Positions 39,476 to 55,400 of a stretch of DNA of 64,000 bases are shown piece after piece. Within the stretch, counting starts at the first letter, position 1; each line of letters begins with the position of its first letter. Below the pieces are notes generated by a model, which saw only the letters and a list, made by a program, of their open reading frames with translations, did not search any database and was not told where the DNA came from. This DNA comes from Perna viridis (lineage: Eukaryota). The position numbers were made by a program, and so were the translations under genes. The DNA is taken from contig CM074515.1 in NCBI GenBank assembly GCA_037379345.1, positions 7,998,001 through 8,062,000 of the forward strand. Direction: 5' to 3'.

Positions 39476-39795
39476 ACTAAAAAAAAAAAAAAAATCACTA
39501 ACAAATGATGTGGGGGCTCCTGTGATAAACAGGACTTCTAGTTTTTTTTCTAAATCTGTTAATTCAAGATATTTTAAAGAAAAGACTGTTACTCAACAAC
39601 AACATCAGCATCATACAATTATTGGTCCACAAAAGTTTTATGTGGTTATATAAAAGGATATCTTATCATCAACTGTAATTTTTTTAGCAAGGAAGTTATC
39701 TTAAAGTGACTGAAATAAAGCTTAGTACCAAAGGAAATATTTTTTCTAGATTTTTTATCACCTAGATAACAAAGTTGTGGAAGGTATGTTTTAGG

Positions 39796-39911
39796 ATTGG
39801 TCCTTCTGTCATTGATATATTCTTCAATAAAGTATTACAGTATTTTCTAGCCTATTGGTCCTTCTGTCATTGATATATTCTTCAATAAAGTATTACAGTA
39901 TTTTCTAGCCT
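39796..39911. repeat. Perfect 58-bp tandem duplication
   Basis: attggtccttctgtcattgatatattcttcaataaagtattacagtattttctagcct x2 (39796-39853, 39854-39911). Confidence 0.95.
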
Positions 39912-40029
39912 GTAAGTCGGTACTTTTTTTCAGCAAAGTGTCAGCCTCAACTTATCATCCACTTTGACTTCTGTAAGAATTTTTCAGATAAAAATGTTCA
40001 TCTACAATGCATTTCATTAAATTTGTTTA

Positions 40030-40690
40030 TTTCAATTTTGACATTCAAAATTTTGGGTAAAATCAACGAAAGCCATAACTTGAACAGTCAAACTGGCGAT
40101 CGAATTCAAAGATTATTGGTCAGTGCCGGTATCCGTTATGAATGAATAAGACGATGTTAATAAAAATTTCAAAATCGTTAAAATATATGAACAAAGTCTA
40201 GAAGACACGTTAACAAAACTCTTTATTACTGGTAGGATATTATCAAGCGTTCAGGAGTTATCAGTCCTTTAATATGCAAATTTATACCCATTTACGGTAG
40301 GTCGTAACACATTCACACGTGGCTCAAATGATAATCAGTGTTATCTAAATGGCTAATTGCAACCAAATTCAAAAGTAACGATTTGTTTTTTATTGTATTA
40401 TAAAAAACCAGGTTAGTGTTTATTAATTACCGCTTGTAATTACGACCTTTTCATGAAACTAATTTCACACCTGGGAGCACACGCTTAACATCTTTATGAT
40501 TTCATACATCTGATAATCTAATTGACCAACTGACACCCAATTCAATAAAAATAATTTAACTCACAAAGTACACCATAAACAAGATTCAAATATTAATTTA
40601 ATTCAGAAATTCTATTCAAGGTAACATGGCTTGAATAATATGCTGTGAAAAAAAAAAAACCAAACCTCTCAACTCGGATCTCCGCTGACA
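40030..40690. mobile_element. CpG-retaining probable DNA-transposon/MITE fragment
   Basis: Locally high CpG; aactcggat resembles the reverse complement of the atccgagtt subterminal motif of the 32682 MITE; termini not resolved. Confidence 0.3.
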
Positions 40691-43498
40691 CCTATGATAT
40701 AAATACACACATCTGACCCTTGTCTTAACTGGCAAATATGACATCTGTTTTTCCATCGATTCTGCTCAAAATTAGGCAATTCATCTTACACTCCAAATCA
40801 ACTTATATTTCAGAAGGGTGACTTAAAAAAAAAAGTCATTGACTTATGCCTGGATGCAACCATTATTCAAGACACAGTTTCTTCAAAGATTTGGTTAAAA
40901 GCTAGGACAAGACTAATTATCACAAAAATCCATCTTCTTGGACTATATGTCCAAACAGGGAAAGTGATAAATGCAAGCATACTCACAAAGGTTATATACT
41001 TAAAACATAAATTGATACTCATTTTTAAATTAATTTTAATGAGTAGACGTAAATCTGGTCAATATCTGTACAATTAAAACAACTTACACAAAATGGCTGG
41101 CATGCATTACCACTGTTCAATTCTATAAATTTGGCATCAAAATGTTCAACATTGACATGACATTAAATATCAACACATACAACAATGGCAATTGACAGTT
41201 GGAAACGTACCACTATCTAAATATTAACCTTATTCCATTACTTAAAAAGATATGTTGCTGAACAAGAAAATTTAGGTTTTCAAATACACCAAAAAATTTT
41301 TCACTATTGATTTTACAGGTACAAATTTACAAGTATAAATCATTCCATAGACTTCATGCAAAATGGTACAATTATGTAAATCAGGATCAACTGAACCAAT
41401 TATCAGATTCTTTCTTGCCAAATTACTTTAACATTGTAACATACATTTAAATGTATTATTTTACTTACAAAGTTTCAGTTACAATAATTATCTTTTACTA
41501 AAAAAATCTTTCTTTATTATGTAATAAAAGTTATTGACAATTCAAAATCTCATAACAGCTGCACTGTGTTAATTTGTCAATAAAATCTATAGAATGTCTA
41601 TCTTCAAAGAATACACAAAAAAAAAAAGATTTTATCCTATTCAAAATTTGAAATGGGCAATACAATGTGATCACTATACTTGTCTTAAAACTAACTACCT
41701 AGTGATATTACATTAAATTTTGACAGTGCAATGATGGATGACATATGTAGTATAAAGAAAAAAAAAATGACTAGAACTTTTTTCACAAAAATTTTAAAAA
41801 ATCAAAGAAATTCTAAATGCTTTGTTCATGAAAACATTACAAGTGTTCACCATTCTGAACTGTAGTAAATTGTCAATAACTTATTTTCTATGATGAAACA
41901 TCCCCAATATTATGAACTCATCCATTAACAGAAAGCGTCATTAACTGGCATTTTAAATCCCATGTCTGCCTTAGCTAAAGAAATCTAAAACAGATACTTA
42001 AAAAGGCAAATGGAAAGATATGAAATTGTAAAATCATGGCAAAGTCACTCAATAGGAAAGATGATGTAAAACAGTATAAAGATACGATAAAAGATTTTCT
42101 ATGTACAAATTGCTCCCTATATACAACAGATTGCACTATATGACAATAAAATATTACAATCAACAATTCATGATAAAATTCCTAATAAAAAAATCTACAA
42201 TAAAATTTTATAAAATGAATAATTAACAATATTGGGAGGGAGTGTAGATGATATCTTCAGTGATGTCTGACATAAAATTAACTGGTTGAATGACAATGCA
42301 AAATGCTTATAGATGAAATATGCAAAAATATTCATGCAAATGTTCAGTACAGTTGCTAAAGAAGGTCATTCTCTAGTTTTATACATTCCAGTGTTAATCT
42401 AACTGTCAATAACAAACACAGTTATATCCCCTTATATAAATATACCAGATTGTCCAAAAGAAATCCCTCTTAAAACTGTAGAGATATCTCAATACAATTC
42501 TAAATTTAATACAATTATACTACAGCTTTAAAACTGCATATAACAAATTAAATAAACACAGAAGTCAAAAAAAAGAACTTTTTGCTTCTAATTTAACACA
42601 TACACTGGATATAGAGTAAATGGTGAGCATTCAGGTAACAAATGTGCCCCTGCCATAATATAAGTCCAGCAATTCAAGTTCGAAGACACAAATTAGACAA
42701 TGGGATCTCCTTTTGAACATAATAACAGGCAAGCAAATTCAAATACATTCCCATGTGTGCTCATTAAAATAAATCAATTAGAAATGTTTCAGAACCATTT
42801 TCTTAGTTTGTTTCTCACAATGATCACTCTACAACTAGGTTAGAATGTTTTTAGTATGCATGTAATATAGGGACGTTAATGGCAGGGGCAAAAAAATTAT
42901 AACCAGCTCAATACATGTAATATGTGGCAAGTATTCACTATTGCAAAACCAAAAATTAATCCTAGTAATGATTGATAATGCAAGATTACATCAATAGGAT
43001 TACAGTTAATTTGAGTATCCCCATTTGAAACAAGGTAATCATTTCCAAATTTACAGCACTGATCACAATCTAAAACATTCTTACACATAAATATGGAAGC
43101 CAGTTCTTATCACAGTAAACATACATCAAACTGTTCTATCTGTAGCACTAAACATAACAAATCACAGAACAGTCATTGGCCAACAAAAATACCCTTAAAA
43201 TACACATGTATTCTCAACTCATATTAACAGAAATTTGGTCAGTTAGATTTCTGATTTGGACAATGAATTACTGACACAGTAAGTGAATTTCTTTCCAGAT
43301 ACAGACATTCTTGATATACAATTATACTATATATGTTTCATTCTTCATGTGGATGTGCTGAGTAATGTATTTTCAACGAATATCTGACATGTATCAAAAG
43401 TGAGTATGAAATTGGTACAATGTTTACATGAATCTAAAAGTAATAACAGATTAAGAAAGACAATACAGGCTTTAATAGGAATCCTACAGTAAATGGGT

Positions 43499-46400
43499 TT
43501 ACATTCCGCCATTTGCTTCTCTTCTCTCAACACCAACCGACTGTAATTTCTTTAGAAACATTGGTCCTTGTCGTCTCACTTTAGATGGGCTTCCTACTTC
43601 CTCTTCTTCATCCAACGAAACAAGACTTCTTTTACCAAGGAAAGAAGGTCTCTTATCCCCCATCCTTATCATGTTATTTATTGCACGCAAATCCTGAAAA
43701 AAATATTTATACTAAACTGTAAAACCTACTCAATGTTGACTAAATTAGATGCTATAACTAAAATGACCTGTTCAGTGTTAAAAAATTGGAAAAAATTTGG
43801 AATGTGTACAAGCAAACATTTATATAATTTTTTTCTCATCTTTCTGTCATTATTATTATTAAAGAAGACTAATAATTGACTAAAGATGGAAGTTTGATTA
43901 AATTGCTTGAAATTTGTTCACAATCATTTACATTACAATTTCGCTAAAAAATTATAATTTTTGTTTATGTTTTTTTTTTTTTTTTTTAAATATTTAGATC
44001 AAGTGACATTGCAAGGAATAATCAGTTTATTACAATTTCTATATTATCCCTTTAAAATAAAATTGTGTTAGAAAATCTATAAGATGCAAAACTCAAAATC
44101 ATAAGTAAACACTTACAGTTTAGTAAGAATTCATGTTTTAAAAAGTTGTTCTTACCTTAGCTGGAGACCTGTTGAAGCAGTAGTGCATGGTACCAGTAGC
44201 AGGTGTTGCCTTTAAGTTGATTTGTTTATGTGGTGATATGTATACAGGATGTTTTGATGATACTCTCCTTGGTGACAACGTTTGTGGTTTCACCATGGGC
44301 AAGGGAGATAATGCAGGACAATCCTGAAATACCAAGTAAATTACATTAAACTAACCAACATGAAGCTAAGTGTCACAGATTATATATTGCTTATCACTAT
44401 TTATAAGCAGTTCATTTTTTTTTCTAAAATGTTCTTTTTCAATAATATATAACAATTAAAGAAAAAAATTACTCTTTTAAATTTACAAAATATTTTAGCA
44501 GTTAATATTTCTCTTTCTACATTTTTTGAAGTTAAGTTTAACCCATCTTTGCAGATAACAAGATGAGTTCAGAGTACAACAAGCATTTGGTGCAATTCAT
44601 TCAGTTTTATTTATTTCTCAATACTAAGTTTTTTTCAGTTATAAGATGCAATACAAACCCTTGATGGGACTGTAGCTGAGAATTTCTTAGCAAAATTATT
44701 CAGTCTATTGACAAAAACCTGAAAAAAGAAGCATTTACTCATATTAAATTACAATGACAAAATACAACAAACATTATAGTCGCTCATAACTTCATCAGTT
44801 CATATCCATTTCACAACCAACCATATACTTTTTCACTTTTGTGTCAATTTTTTTTTTTCATTCTCTGGTCATGTGTCATATACTTTGGTAACAAATACCT
44901 AATCATTAAATTATTATGGTCAAAAACAGAAATTTTAACTACGCAATTAGGTTCAGAATATCAAAGATTACCATTACTTCAAATTTTGATAAAATCAAAA
45001 ATAGCTTAATTTTTTACCTTCTCTTCCTCTTTGAAAAATGTAAATTGGAAATGGGGTCAAAATTCATAGTGTAAATACATTGTTAGCTTCAGTAAATTGA
45101 AAATCTCCAAGAATTCAATTTTTCAAAGAAATTGAAGTATTTGTATCTTTATCCTGACCTAAATTCTAAATTCATTGGACACCTAGTAAACAAAATAAAA
45201 ATCAAATACAGGAAACCAAGGACTTTGATGTATAGAAATGGATAGAAATTTATGGATGAATTTGAAAAAAACTTTTGCCATGTTTGGGACTCTTAGATGA
45301 TGTAGAATTTTATTTTATTAGTGCCAGAAGTCTCACATACTAATCTCATGAGAAAAAGCTCAACTTTCACTCCTATCACTGTAAAACTAACTCAAATTAC
45401 AGAATAAGATAGATTTGGTAATTAAGGCACATTTTTTAAGGAATGAAATAATTGCTTGGCTTTGACTTAGACTGTTGCCAAGCTAATATCAATTCACAAA
45501 TAATGAAAATGATCACTTTACCTGATTGTAAAACATAATGAGATCTCCTCTCTCCTCCTCATTCTCTGACCCTGACCCTGCAGAGGACAAATGTATGGGT
45601 GTAGGAGGATGACTTCCAGGATGAGGTACTGGCAATGTACTTGACGACCTCATCACTTCTCTCGTTTCAGTTTTCTCTAAAAGTATAATCATTTGTTTCT
45701 TTATAACCAAGTTCTATCACTTGAAGAGCAATATTTTCTCAAAATTATCTGAATAAATTTCGACATGAAATAACAAATCTGGACCTGCACTACTGTAATA
45801 TATCTGTAAGCGCATAAGTATTTTCAATATGTATATAAACAATGAGCAAGTAGAAAAACTATAATGTGGATTGGCAATTTAAAAAAATTAATGTACTAAT
45901 GACAGCATATACTGCTGAAAAAATGGCTATGTTTAACATGCTAAAAACTTAGTCAAGTTTTATCATTTTCAATGCATGTATAAACATAGTGAAAAGTTTA
46001 TGTAAAAAATTACCAAATTCCTCCATAATAGGAGGTGCACATCTTCAATATGTACATAAACACAGTTCAAAGTTTGAATAATATTGGTTCAATACTTTTT
46101 GAGTTACAGATTAAACAAGTAAGTACCCCAAAGTCTGACTGATGGTATCAAGCGACTACTAGACCTGTTTTCAAGGTTGATGACACAGGTAAAAATACCA
46201 AGGATCAACAATAATCAATTAATAATAATAATAATAATAATAAATAATAAATTTTACCAAATCAATACATTGTAAATGTTATATACCTGTATTGTTAGTT
46301 GTGCTACTGGTTGGAGAGGAAGATCTACTGGTCCCATTTCTACTGCCATCACTACCACCAGAGGTATGTCTTCGTCGACCAGTCAACAAAACACTACGAT

Positions 46401-49400
46401 ACACCTAGAAAAAAACAAAATAGATAAGAAGTTATTACCAACAAATGAACTTGCACAGAAAAAGTGAAAAAATAATGAAATTTTGTCCAGCTCTAATATC
46501 ATTTTTCATACAAGAATTAATATTTTCCTCTATTTTCATTTCTATTATCTATTAATTTTTTTTGAAGGATTCAACAACTTGCACAATTACAATGATACAT
46601 TAATTTTTACAGTGTTTCTATGCTTAGAACTTACATGACTCTGAGCCTGTGGCTGCATTCTGTAACACTTCATTATAGTTTGGAATGACTGAGAATTCCC
46701 CGTTACCTAAAATTAATATATATCTTAATAATACAGTCTTAATATAGTAAATAAGTAATTTATTAGTTTCTATTAGGTCAGATAGGCTAGCTCATGAAAT
46801 CAATACGAGAAGAAAACAGCATGGCAATAAGTCAACATTATAACACTAAGCAAACATGTTTTTACTACTTCACCAAATGATGTAAAATTTGCAGAGAAGA
46901 AACAACTACTAATTTTTCAGTTTTCCTTACAATCTACAAACTTCTAAATAACTCCATTTAGGCAATGATGTTACTAAAAGTCTTCATACCTGAAAAATGG
47001 TGTTATGTCTTTCATGTTTTTTTACATACACTTTGCTATTTTGAAAACATTTACTGCTATAATTGAGGACCTATTATATGTAAGGGTTAGTTATATAAAA
47101 AAAAGTTTTGTAAATCCATTGGGTTTAATTGAACAAGTCCTATACCTTTGCCATGACATATATTGCACACATGAGTATCTGGTCAACATGATGGTCCACC
47201 AGGAGATCTGTATGATTAACAAGTGTGTGTTCAAAACAGGTCCAGATTTTCCTCCTCAAGTCATTTTCCTCTTCAATCATCAATCTCTCACACAAGTCTC
47301 GTAATCTCACCGAGGCCATATGGTATAACTGTGCGACAGAAACATTGCTAACTTCAATGCTATACAATATCATATAATAAACAATTATATACATTTTTCC
47401 AATACAAGTATACAAGAATAATAATTACATAACAAAAGCTTAAAAAAAAAATAATAAATAAACAAGTAAGAAAACAATTTAATTTTCCTAAATTATAGAC
47501 TAATGGAATCTGTAAATATCCAATAATTAAACCTACTTTTCTGAAGAAGAGAGCCAAGGAACCAGTTTTCTTTGGTTTCTGTGACTGGTTTCCTGTGGAA
47601 TTTGAAACAGCTGGTTCTTGTTTTGAATTAACTGGTGTTCTTACAAATGTTGTATGTAATGGAATCAGTATCTGTAATATAGAAATTTAGCATTAATAAC
47701 AGAATGGATTAATTTAAATATAGGCCATTATTATAGAACTGCAATGAAACACACTATTAATGTTAACATATGTTACTTTACATATGTTTTGCTTTATACA
47801 TATCACTGTTTTATATTAAAAATATCTATGTCTGAGATCAATTCAAGTATAAATACATGTATTTGAAGCAAATTAAAATGAAAATCCCCCCCCCAATGTT
47901 TTGACTATAGAGGCAACTGAGAACATATAAATTGGTCTTATTGTAGGACTTTCTCACCTGTCTTCCATCTTCAGTCTGAGCCTGTTGGAAAGCTATCACT
48001 GTCTGGTTAGACTGACCATCCTGGTTACTAGGTGTTTGGGTTGTTGCTGTGGAGGTACCTCCAGTGAATAGCCTCCTTTTGGCACTTCCAGGGGAAGGGG
48101 AGCTAAATCTGTCAGCAGCAGATGGACCTGGTGGAGACTGAGGAATATCTGATGACAAACAAAACAATATTATTACTTTGATTTATCCATTACTGAAGAA
48201 CATGACCACAGAAATTATAGCTTACAAAGTGCTCTCTGATTCAATTAATTTATGACCCTGTCTTTCAAAACTGATTAATCTTGGGGCTCTACAACATAAA
48301 CAATGTTATAATTCTATTACACATCAAACAACTCCTAAAATCCTTCAACAAAATATTACATAACAACCAAATTTCTAATACAAATACATTTTTTTATGTT
48401 TTTATATATCAAAGTATATTTACAAGCTCTTTAAGCATATACTGACCTTTCCTAACTGGATGACCTTCATCTACCAATCTTTTGACAGCAGGATGTTGCA
48501 TTACTTTACTCCCTGAGCTTAAATTACTGTCTATCAGACTAGGCAAAATAACCTGCAATCAAAATAATAATGATTTTAAATCTTATTCAGAAGCATAATA
48601 ATGTAGTCTCTATTCCTGAAAATTAGAAATGGTTTACTTTGTTTAACCATGTGTGTTTATAACAACATATCACTTGATCCTTCTGGTCCATTTGCCACAC
48701 ATTTTATACAGATTGTATTATGTTCAAAAATGACGGTAGCAATTTAATTAACCATGTGAGCAGCATGTTTTAGGAACTTTTGTGTAGAAGAATCAAGATA
48801 CCGACTTAATTTTGCAGACTACTATACATATTTACATGGAATGAAAGTGAAATGTCTATGTTTTAAAGGTCCACAATCAATAAAATACTGTACCTCTTCA
48901 CAAGCAGGAACACCATTATTGTCCCTGATGGCATCCCATAGAGGTGATTCTTTCTTCCATGCCTGACACTCCAATATACATTCTTCTATCTGTAAACAAA
49001 AAGCAATTAGATCTATAGAATCAGCCTTTGAAGTTGACCTTATTATGGTAAATTGATAAACAAAACATGATTTTTTTTATGATTGGCCTCAAATAAACTT
49101 TATCATCTCTGTAAATTATTTGTGTGCAATCATAACCTTTGGACACTATAATCATATACAGCAATGTGATGAAATAATTCAACAAAAAATTCTACTTCAT
49201 TCTTCATACTTACATGATTAAGATGCTTTACAACATCTCTTGAAAGACCATCTTCAGCACGAATAATAATTTCTACAACTCTGTAGAAGTAGTAAGGACA
49301 AATATCAAATATTTCCATAATCCAGGGAAATTTCCTGCAAATAAACCAAGCAAAAATTACCCGTCTTGATTGTAAATAAACTGTCCTATAAGGATTAATA

Positions 49401-52400
49401 AGCCTGTTGGAGCATTCCAAAGCCAAATTCTTTCAAAAACTTCTTGAAATTAAAATTTCTGATAATATGTTCATTTATATACATCATGAAATTATGTAAA
49501 ATCCAGCAAGTAATTAAGGATCAATCAAGGACACACAGAAAACCACATATACACTGTTAAGACATTTTATTTAAAACAGAACTTTATCATTGGCTTCACA
49601 ACTTTATCACTGGCTTCACAACTCTAAGCTAACCACAACCTATGTAAAATAGATTATTTAATTAGTTTCATTTACAAAACAGAAAAAAGAATGACTTCAT
49701 GGAAAATAAATGGGTCATTTGTCTATATGCCTCAATAAATGATCATTACAAATCTTATTCATTCACGTAATTGTCATAAATAATTCATACTTCTTGTTAA
49801 TCAAACATATAATAATTACCTCTGTGAATTATAGGAAAACATAACTATTTCTAAACAGCAAGCTAACAAACACCTATGAAAGACATCATGTTCTAGTAAA
49901 TTCTGAAAATGTAAAATTAAACTATGATAAATCAAGGATATTCTCATTCAGTAAATCTAGTACCCCTGGATGGTTGGACTCATGTTTGCTGTCAAAGTAT
50001 CAGTAGATTCGGAGATGTACATATTTTGTTTAAATCACATGTAATTTCCTCCTTAGTTTTAACTAAGATCTGACATGATATGATCCATTTGGCAGGTGTT
50101 TTTTTTTTCAAAGCCCACAGGATGTTTATCCTACCAGTACATCTGGTCCATACTCTCAGTTTTTAGTGGGGTCCACTTTGCTCATTTGAAATTTAGTTGT
50201 ATTCTTTTTATTTGTTTTCTAGGTCCATTATAGGTACCCAGATCATAAATATCCAGTTCCTAGCTCTAATCATGGTCTGGTTGCTTTTACTCTTATACAC
50301 AACAGGAAGTAATATGAAGTTATAAGGTAACCCATGTATTTGTACAACTGCATCATTATTTTTGTATAAAAATTCAAAATGGAGCAGAATTATTATTCTG
50401 TAATATTAATGGCTGCATCATTTATAACAAAGCTTATTATTTAAATATAGGACAAAATGTATTAAAAAATTCTGGTGAACTAATGGTTGAATAAATAACT
50501 TATAGTGCCTTGACTACCAAAATTTTATTTTTAATTCTCCAGAATGTGGAGCCAAGCAAGCTCACCAAGACATTTTTTTGTTTGGGTAAGTTAATCAATG
50601 AAACAACAGTATACTGTGACACTTTCTGTCTTGAAATTATTTGTCTGTGTACTAATATACAGTAAATACATACAAAAATGGCCTCTTTACTACTGAGCCT
50701 TTTGTTTTCCTGAGTTACAATACTCTCCAGAGTTTTATAATATAGACTTTCACCAAGTTGTAATCTTCTCTTGGCAAAGTCAATGTGAGCACCAGGGTTG
50801 TCTTCTGTTGGCTAAAAAAAAGTTAATTCATTACAATATATCCTAGTAATCTAAAAATCATGCAGTTTTGCTTTTTATTTGTTTGAAGATACAGAGATTA
50901 AACATGAGATTGACTTCTATCCATGCTAATTGCAGAGTTGACACAGACTGACTATTTTTACCATCAGTCCTCAATAATTATCACAACTGACCTTCCAACC
51001 ACTAAAAGTCATCAGAAGCTATTCTCTTCACTGTCTCACTTAAGGCTTTTTATCATGTGTAGATCTATAACTTAAACTTCTATTAGGTTCTTTAAAAAAA
51101 AAAACTCAGCATTTTATTATTTTTTTTTGATCCACAAACAGTTTAGACTGCGTTTTCTATTGATTTGTCGGCCTATATATTACCTGGATATACTGTTGAC
51201 AGAAAACCTCTCCCATCTCCTTTATTCTGGCTACAATACTGTCAAGAGGATCTTTAGGGCACTCCCTGAAAAAAAAAGAAACAGAAGTGAACAAGATATG
51301 CCAGTATTTCTATGTGTCTACCCATAAATAAAATGCTGTGTAGGAATGCTAAAAAAAAAAGTAACAGAGTATTTGTAAGGGTAATCACATCTGCATATTT
51401 TCTTTTTCATTAAAACAGTACATTTATAGAACTTTCTATAAACAAAAACAAAAATAAACCTCATGTAGTCACTTGAGTGGGACCTTCACAAACTGTAGGC
51501 ACTAGAAAGCCTTAATTGCTCACCTGCAGAATGGAAAATCATGTGGTCATATCATTTGATCATTTAAACAAAAGATTCAGATAGTTTTCTACTAATACAT
51601 TCCTGCTTCCCCCTAAGCAAAAGTGCCCCTGACCTCTACAAAAAGAAAACTGTAGAGTGTATTGATGTCACTAACCATATCAAGTTTAAAAGAGGAGTTG
51701 ATCTTTGAGAAGTACTAAGGGGGGTTTTAATGTCCTCGACTACTCTTACAAGTCTTGCACGGATGGTTAATCTTTGAGAAGTGGCCAATCAAAAGCTTAA
51801 ATAGCCTCTCGAAGCCATTTTGTTTAATCAAGTGGAACAAAAAAATGATTTTCCATTTTATTATTTCTGCTAAGTTTTGTCATCATTGGTAGAGTAAAAG
51901 CAAAGATATAGGCCAAAAGGTGTTTCCCCATAGGGTCTCAATGCAGCCAACCTCTCAGCCAAACAAAAAATTGACCACTTACAGAGGGCACTATGATTAT
52001 CAACCTTGTCAAGTTTCAAATCTTTGGAACATGTGGTTTTAGAGGAGCTGATCTTTGAAAATTGGTAAATCAATAGCTAAAATAGCCTCAGACTGCCACC
52101 ATGTTTAATCACGCAGAACCAAAAGAGGTTCATTTGCAAATAAAATATGCTTAAACTCTTGCATACATCATTTCAGCCAAGTTTGATTAAAATGGGTCAA
52201 GTTTCCATGTAGCAAAATGTAAAGTTTACAGACAACGACGACATACACAAAGTGATGGCATCAGATCACCAGGACCACTGGTCCAGGTGAGCAGGTGAGC
52301 AAAAAAAAAAATCTCCAAGACTGTTGCTTAAGAAAACTCCATAAGATTTGAACTAGAAAATAATATATTCACTTAGCATATCAGGATATCATAATGATGG

Positions 52401-55400
52401 GTAGAATGCCAAAAAGATCAAGACAACTTGCATTTGCTTTGTGTACTAATGATCATGGAATTTAAATGAACAAAGATCTGAAATTGAACCCCTTTTGAAA
52501 ATAAAAACCTTGAAGTTTGCTGATTAAGTAAAGTTATAATAAGACTGTAGTAACCCAAGGTATCGCATATATCAATTAAAATGTATACAGTACATTCTTT
52601 TTAAAGAAAATGTTTGTTCTGTAATGTGACATTGTACCTTAATGGAGTAATATAGAGTATTTATTAATTCAGTCAACCTATATATCTTTTATCCAAGATT
52701 AAAGATGATATCAAAATAGCAGGCCATTTCATGTAAAAAATGAGACATTAATCCCTCTTGACTCTTGAGAATTAATCATATCACTTTGAATTTTTTTCAT
52801 ACATAATCATTCTTACTCCTTAAGAAATTAAATTCTTACTTCTTCAGAAATTAATTGAATTATATTTCTCTTTAACAAAAAAAGATATTGATAATAAAAA
52901 AAAAAAAAGAGTTAATACTTCAATAGATTTATGAGAACCTTGAAATTCACAATTCTTACAACCAACACCCATGATCAAGTATTAAAGAAAAGTTGTTGAA
53001 TTGTTCATATTTATTTCAATTCCAATTTACTGGACAAAGCAGTTTAATTCCTCCAAATAAATACTTCTTTTATCTACAGAAACTTTTACATTGCAATTAA
53101 CAACCTCTTACTATCAAATATATCTTGTATGCAGGGGGTTGACTCACTTTTGTTAAAGTAGATGTTAATTTGCACGAAACCTTGAGAAATTTAACACCTT
53201 TGGTTAATAAGTACAGTTAAAAAAAATAGGATTTCGCCTCAATTTAAGTAATAAAATTCTTCAAGCATGCACCAGACAAGTTACACACCATTTCCTTCAA
53301 GCAGTTGTTTACACAATTTTTTAATAACCTGAAGTCTTGAGTTAGGTTTTCTTTTCTTTTCTTTATGTCACTGACATTCTACCTTTTCTGTTAATTAGCA
53401 ATCATAATTATTGTTAATAAAGCATGCATATGTGTTGATACATAAAAACTATTTTAAAATACCAAAATAGCTATTCTTCTTATATTCAACAACAACAAAA
53501 ACCAAAAATAAAAATGCAAAATATGATGCTGAAAATTGAACTGAGAACAATCAAACTTATAACATTAACTGTTCTAAATCATAGATGATTAATTATAGAA
53601 ATTAATGTTTCAATTGGTTCAAAACCCTAGACACATTTACCAAGGTACAATTTCACTAACTAATGTATTTAATGCCATGAGGGAATCAATCAACCACCTT
53701 GGCACGAAAAAGCTCCTTTAACCACTGATACTCAATTCTACATATAATTTAATTGACAGGGCTAATTCTATCATTTAATACCGATGTCAATAAAACTTAA
53801 TGAAATTTTGCAGCACTAAAAACTCCTCCTTGGTACAACATGACACAACAATGAAATCCATTCAATTTTAACTGTAGTAAGATTGGTACTGAGATGTTAC
53901 AATTAATAAATTCCCCAATATGTGACTATATAAAGCAGCTATTTACACTGACCTATCTAATATCAAGTTGTTACAATGTTATGCCATCTAAAGGTCCAAT
54001 TCTATTACCATTGATCATTCATCAATATTTATTACCATCATTTTTCTTCATACAATGTCTATTTTAAATCTTTCCATCACAATAGACTTCTTAACTTAAA
54101 TAAGGTCCCCTGTATCTCATATGAATGGACTTTAAATTTGGGCATTGCTTTTACTCAATACTGAACTATTAAATCTGTTAACAGTGTACTGTCAAAATTA
54201 CTTATTTATTTTCTCTAAAAACTAGATGTTTATTAAAGGATATATTTATTTCTTTGTTAAACTGAAATTGAGTTTATCTTCTTTTCATCTCTTTAATTTG
54301 TAAGAAATTAAATTTCCTTAGCAGCTCAAGAAAAATGGAAATTAAGTTTCATAAATTTTTATTGAAAAGCATTTAGTAACATAGTTAAATGGGAGAAGAA
54401 AATAACCAATTTCTTCTGGAATGAAATTTCAAGTTTTTGCACCTGTTAAGTACAACATAAATGGATATTTAGTTTAATCAAGATCATGATGGCATTTCAA
54501 AACTGAGAACATTGAAGGTATAAATTACTGGAATATCTTATTCTCAATTCATCTGAGATTTTCCTTTTTAAATTGTTCAATAAAAGTTAATCATGAGAAT
54601 GTTGACATTTTCTTGTAAGAAAAAGCCCCCCCCCCCCCATTGACAGTGACATTTCTTACAGTGAAAGAAAATAGCCAATCTGACCTTGACCTTCAATCTT
54701 ATATAATCAAAATTTTAAGTTACAGACTTCACCACAAAGCAAAATCTTAGCGATACTATCTCTTCCTCAATGTTAGCTTCACTATATTGCCTAATATTTT
54801 CTTTCAATCTAATTCAAATTAAACCTATCAATTGTTCCATTCAGTCACTTCATGCAGTGACTGAATTCAACAATTGATAGGCCTAACTTTAATTGAATTG
54901 ACTTTCTTTCTTTGTATGAATATATGTATTAAAACAGAAACACAGAAAAAGGAATGAGTTTTCTAATTTCAAAATACATGTATATATTTCTTCTTATAGC
55001 TTGCCCTCCATCTTTCCCCTATACAAAATATTCTATTTAAAAATAACACATCATTTGTTCTTCCATTTGATCACATGTATTCAGATCATGAACATGTGTA
55101 CAACAAACAAACAAAAGTCTAACCTTTTTCATGCATAACTACAATGTGAAAATAATACACATGAATGAAAAACACTTGTCTTCAACAAGTCCTAACAGAT
55201 TCTAACACAATTCTCATTATTTTTTAAACCCCAACTTGTAATTATTGATAATGTGTCTCCATCATTTATAAAAATCCACGCCCCCTATTACTATAGAAGA
55301 CTTTTAAACCTACAAATTAACCATCTTTATCAACTAGATTAAACTAAGTATAATACTATCTGATCCTTATTGTAATGTCAAGTTTACTTTCTACTTCACC

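Noticed and set aside
35581-43088. Many 60-80 aa ORFs between PRELID3 and RBL, and similar ones in introns
   Set aside because: I/F/L/Y/K-biased translations of AT-rich non-coding or repeat DNA; no motifs or splice-consistent structure
54626-54638. Poly-C run (poly-G on the RBL sense strand) as a G-quadruplex
   Set aside because: Simple homopolymer with no further support
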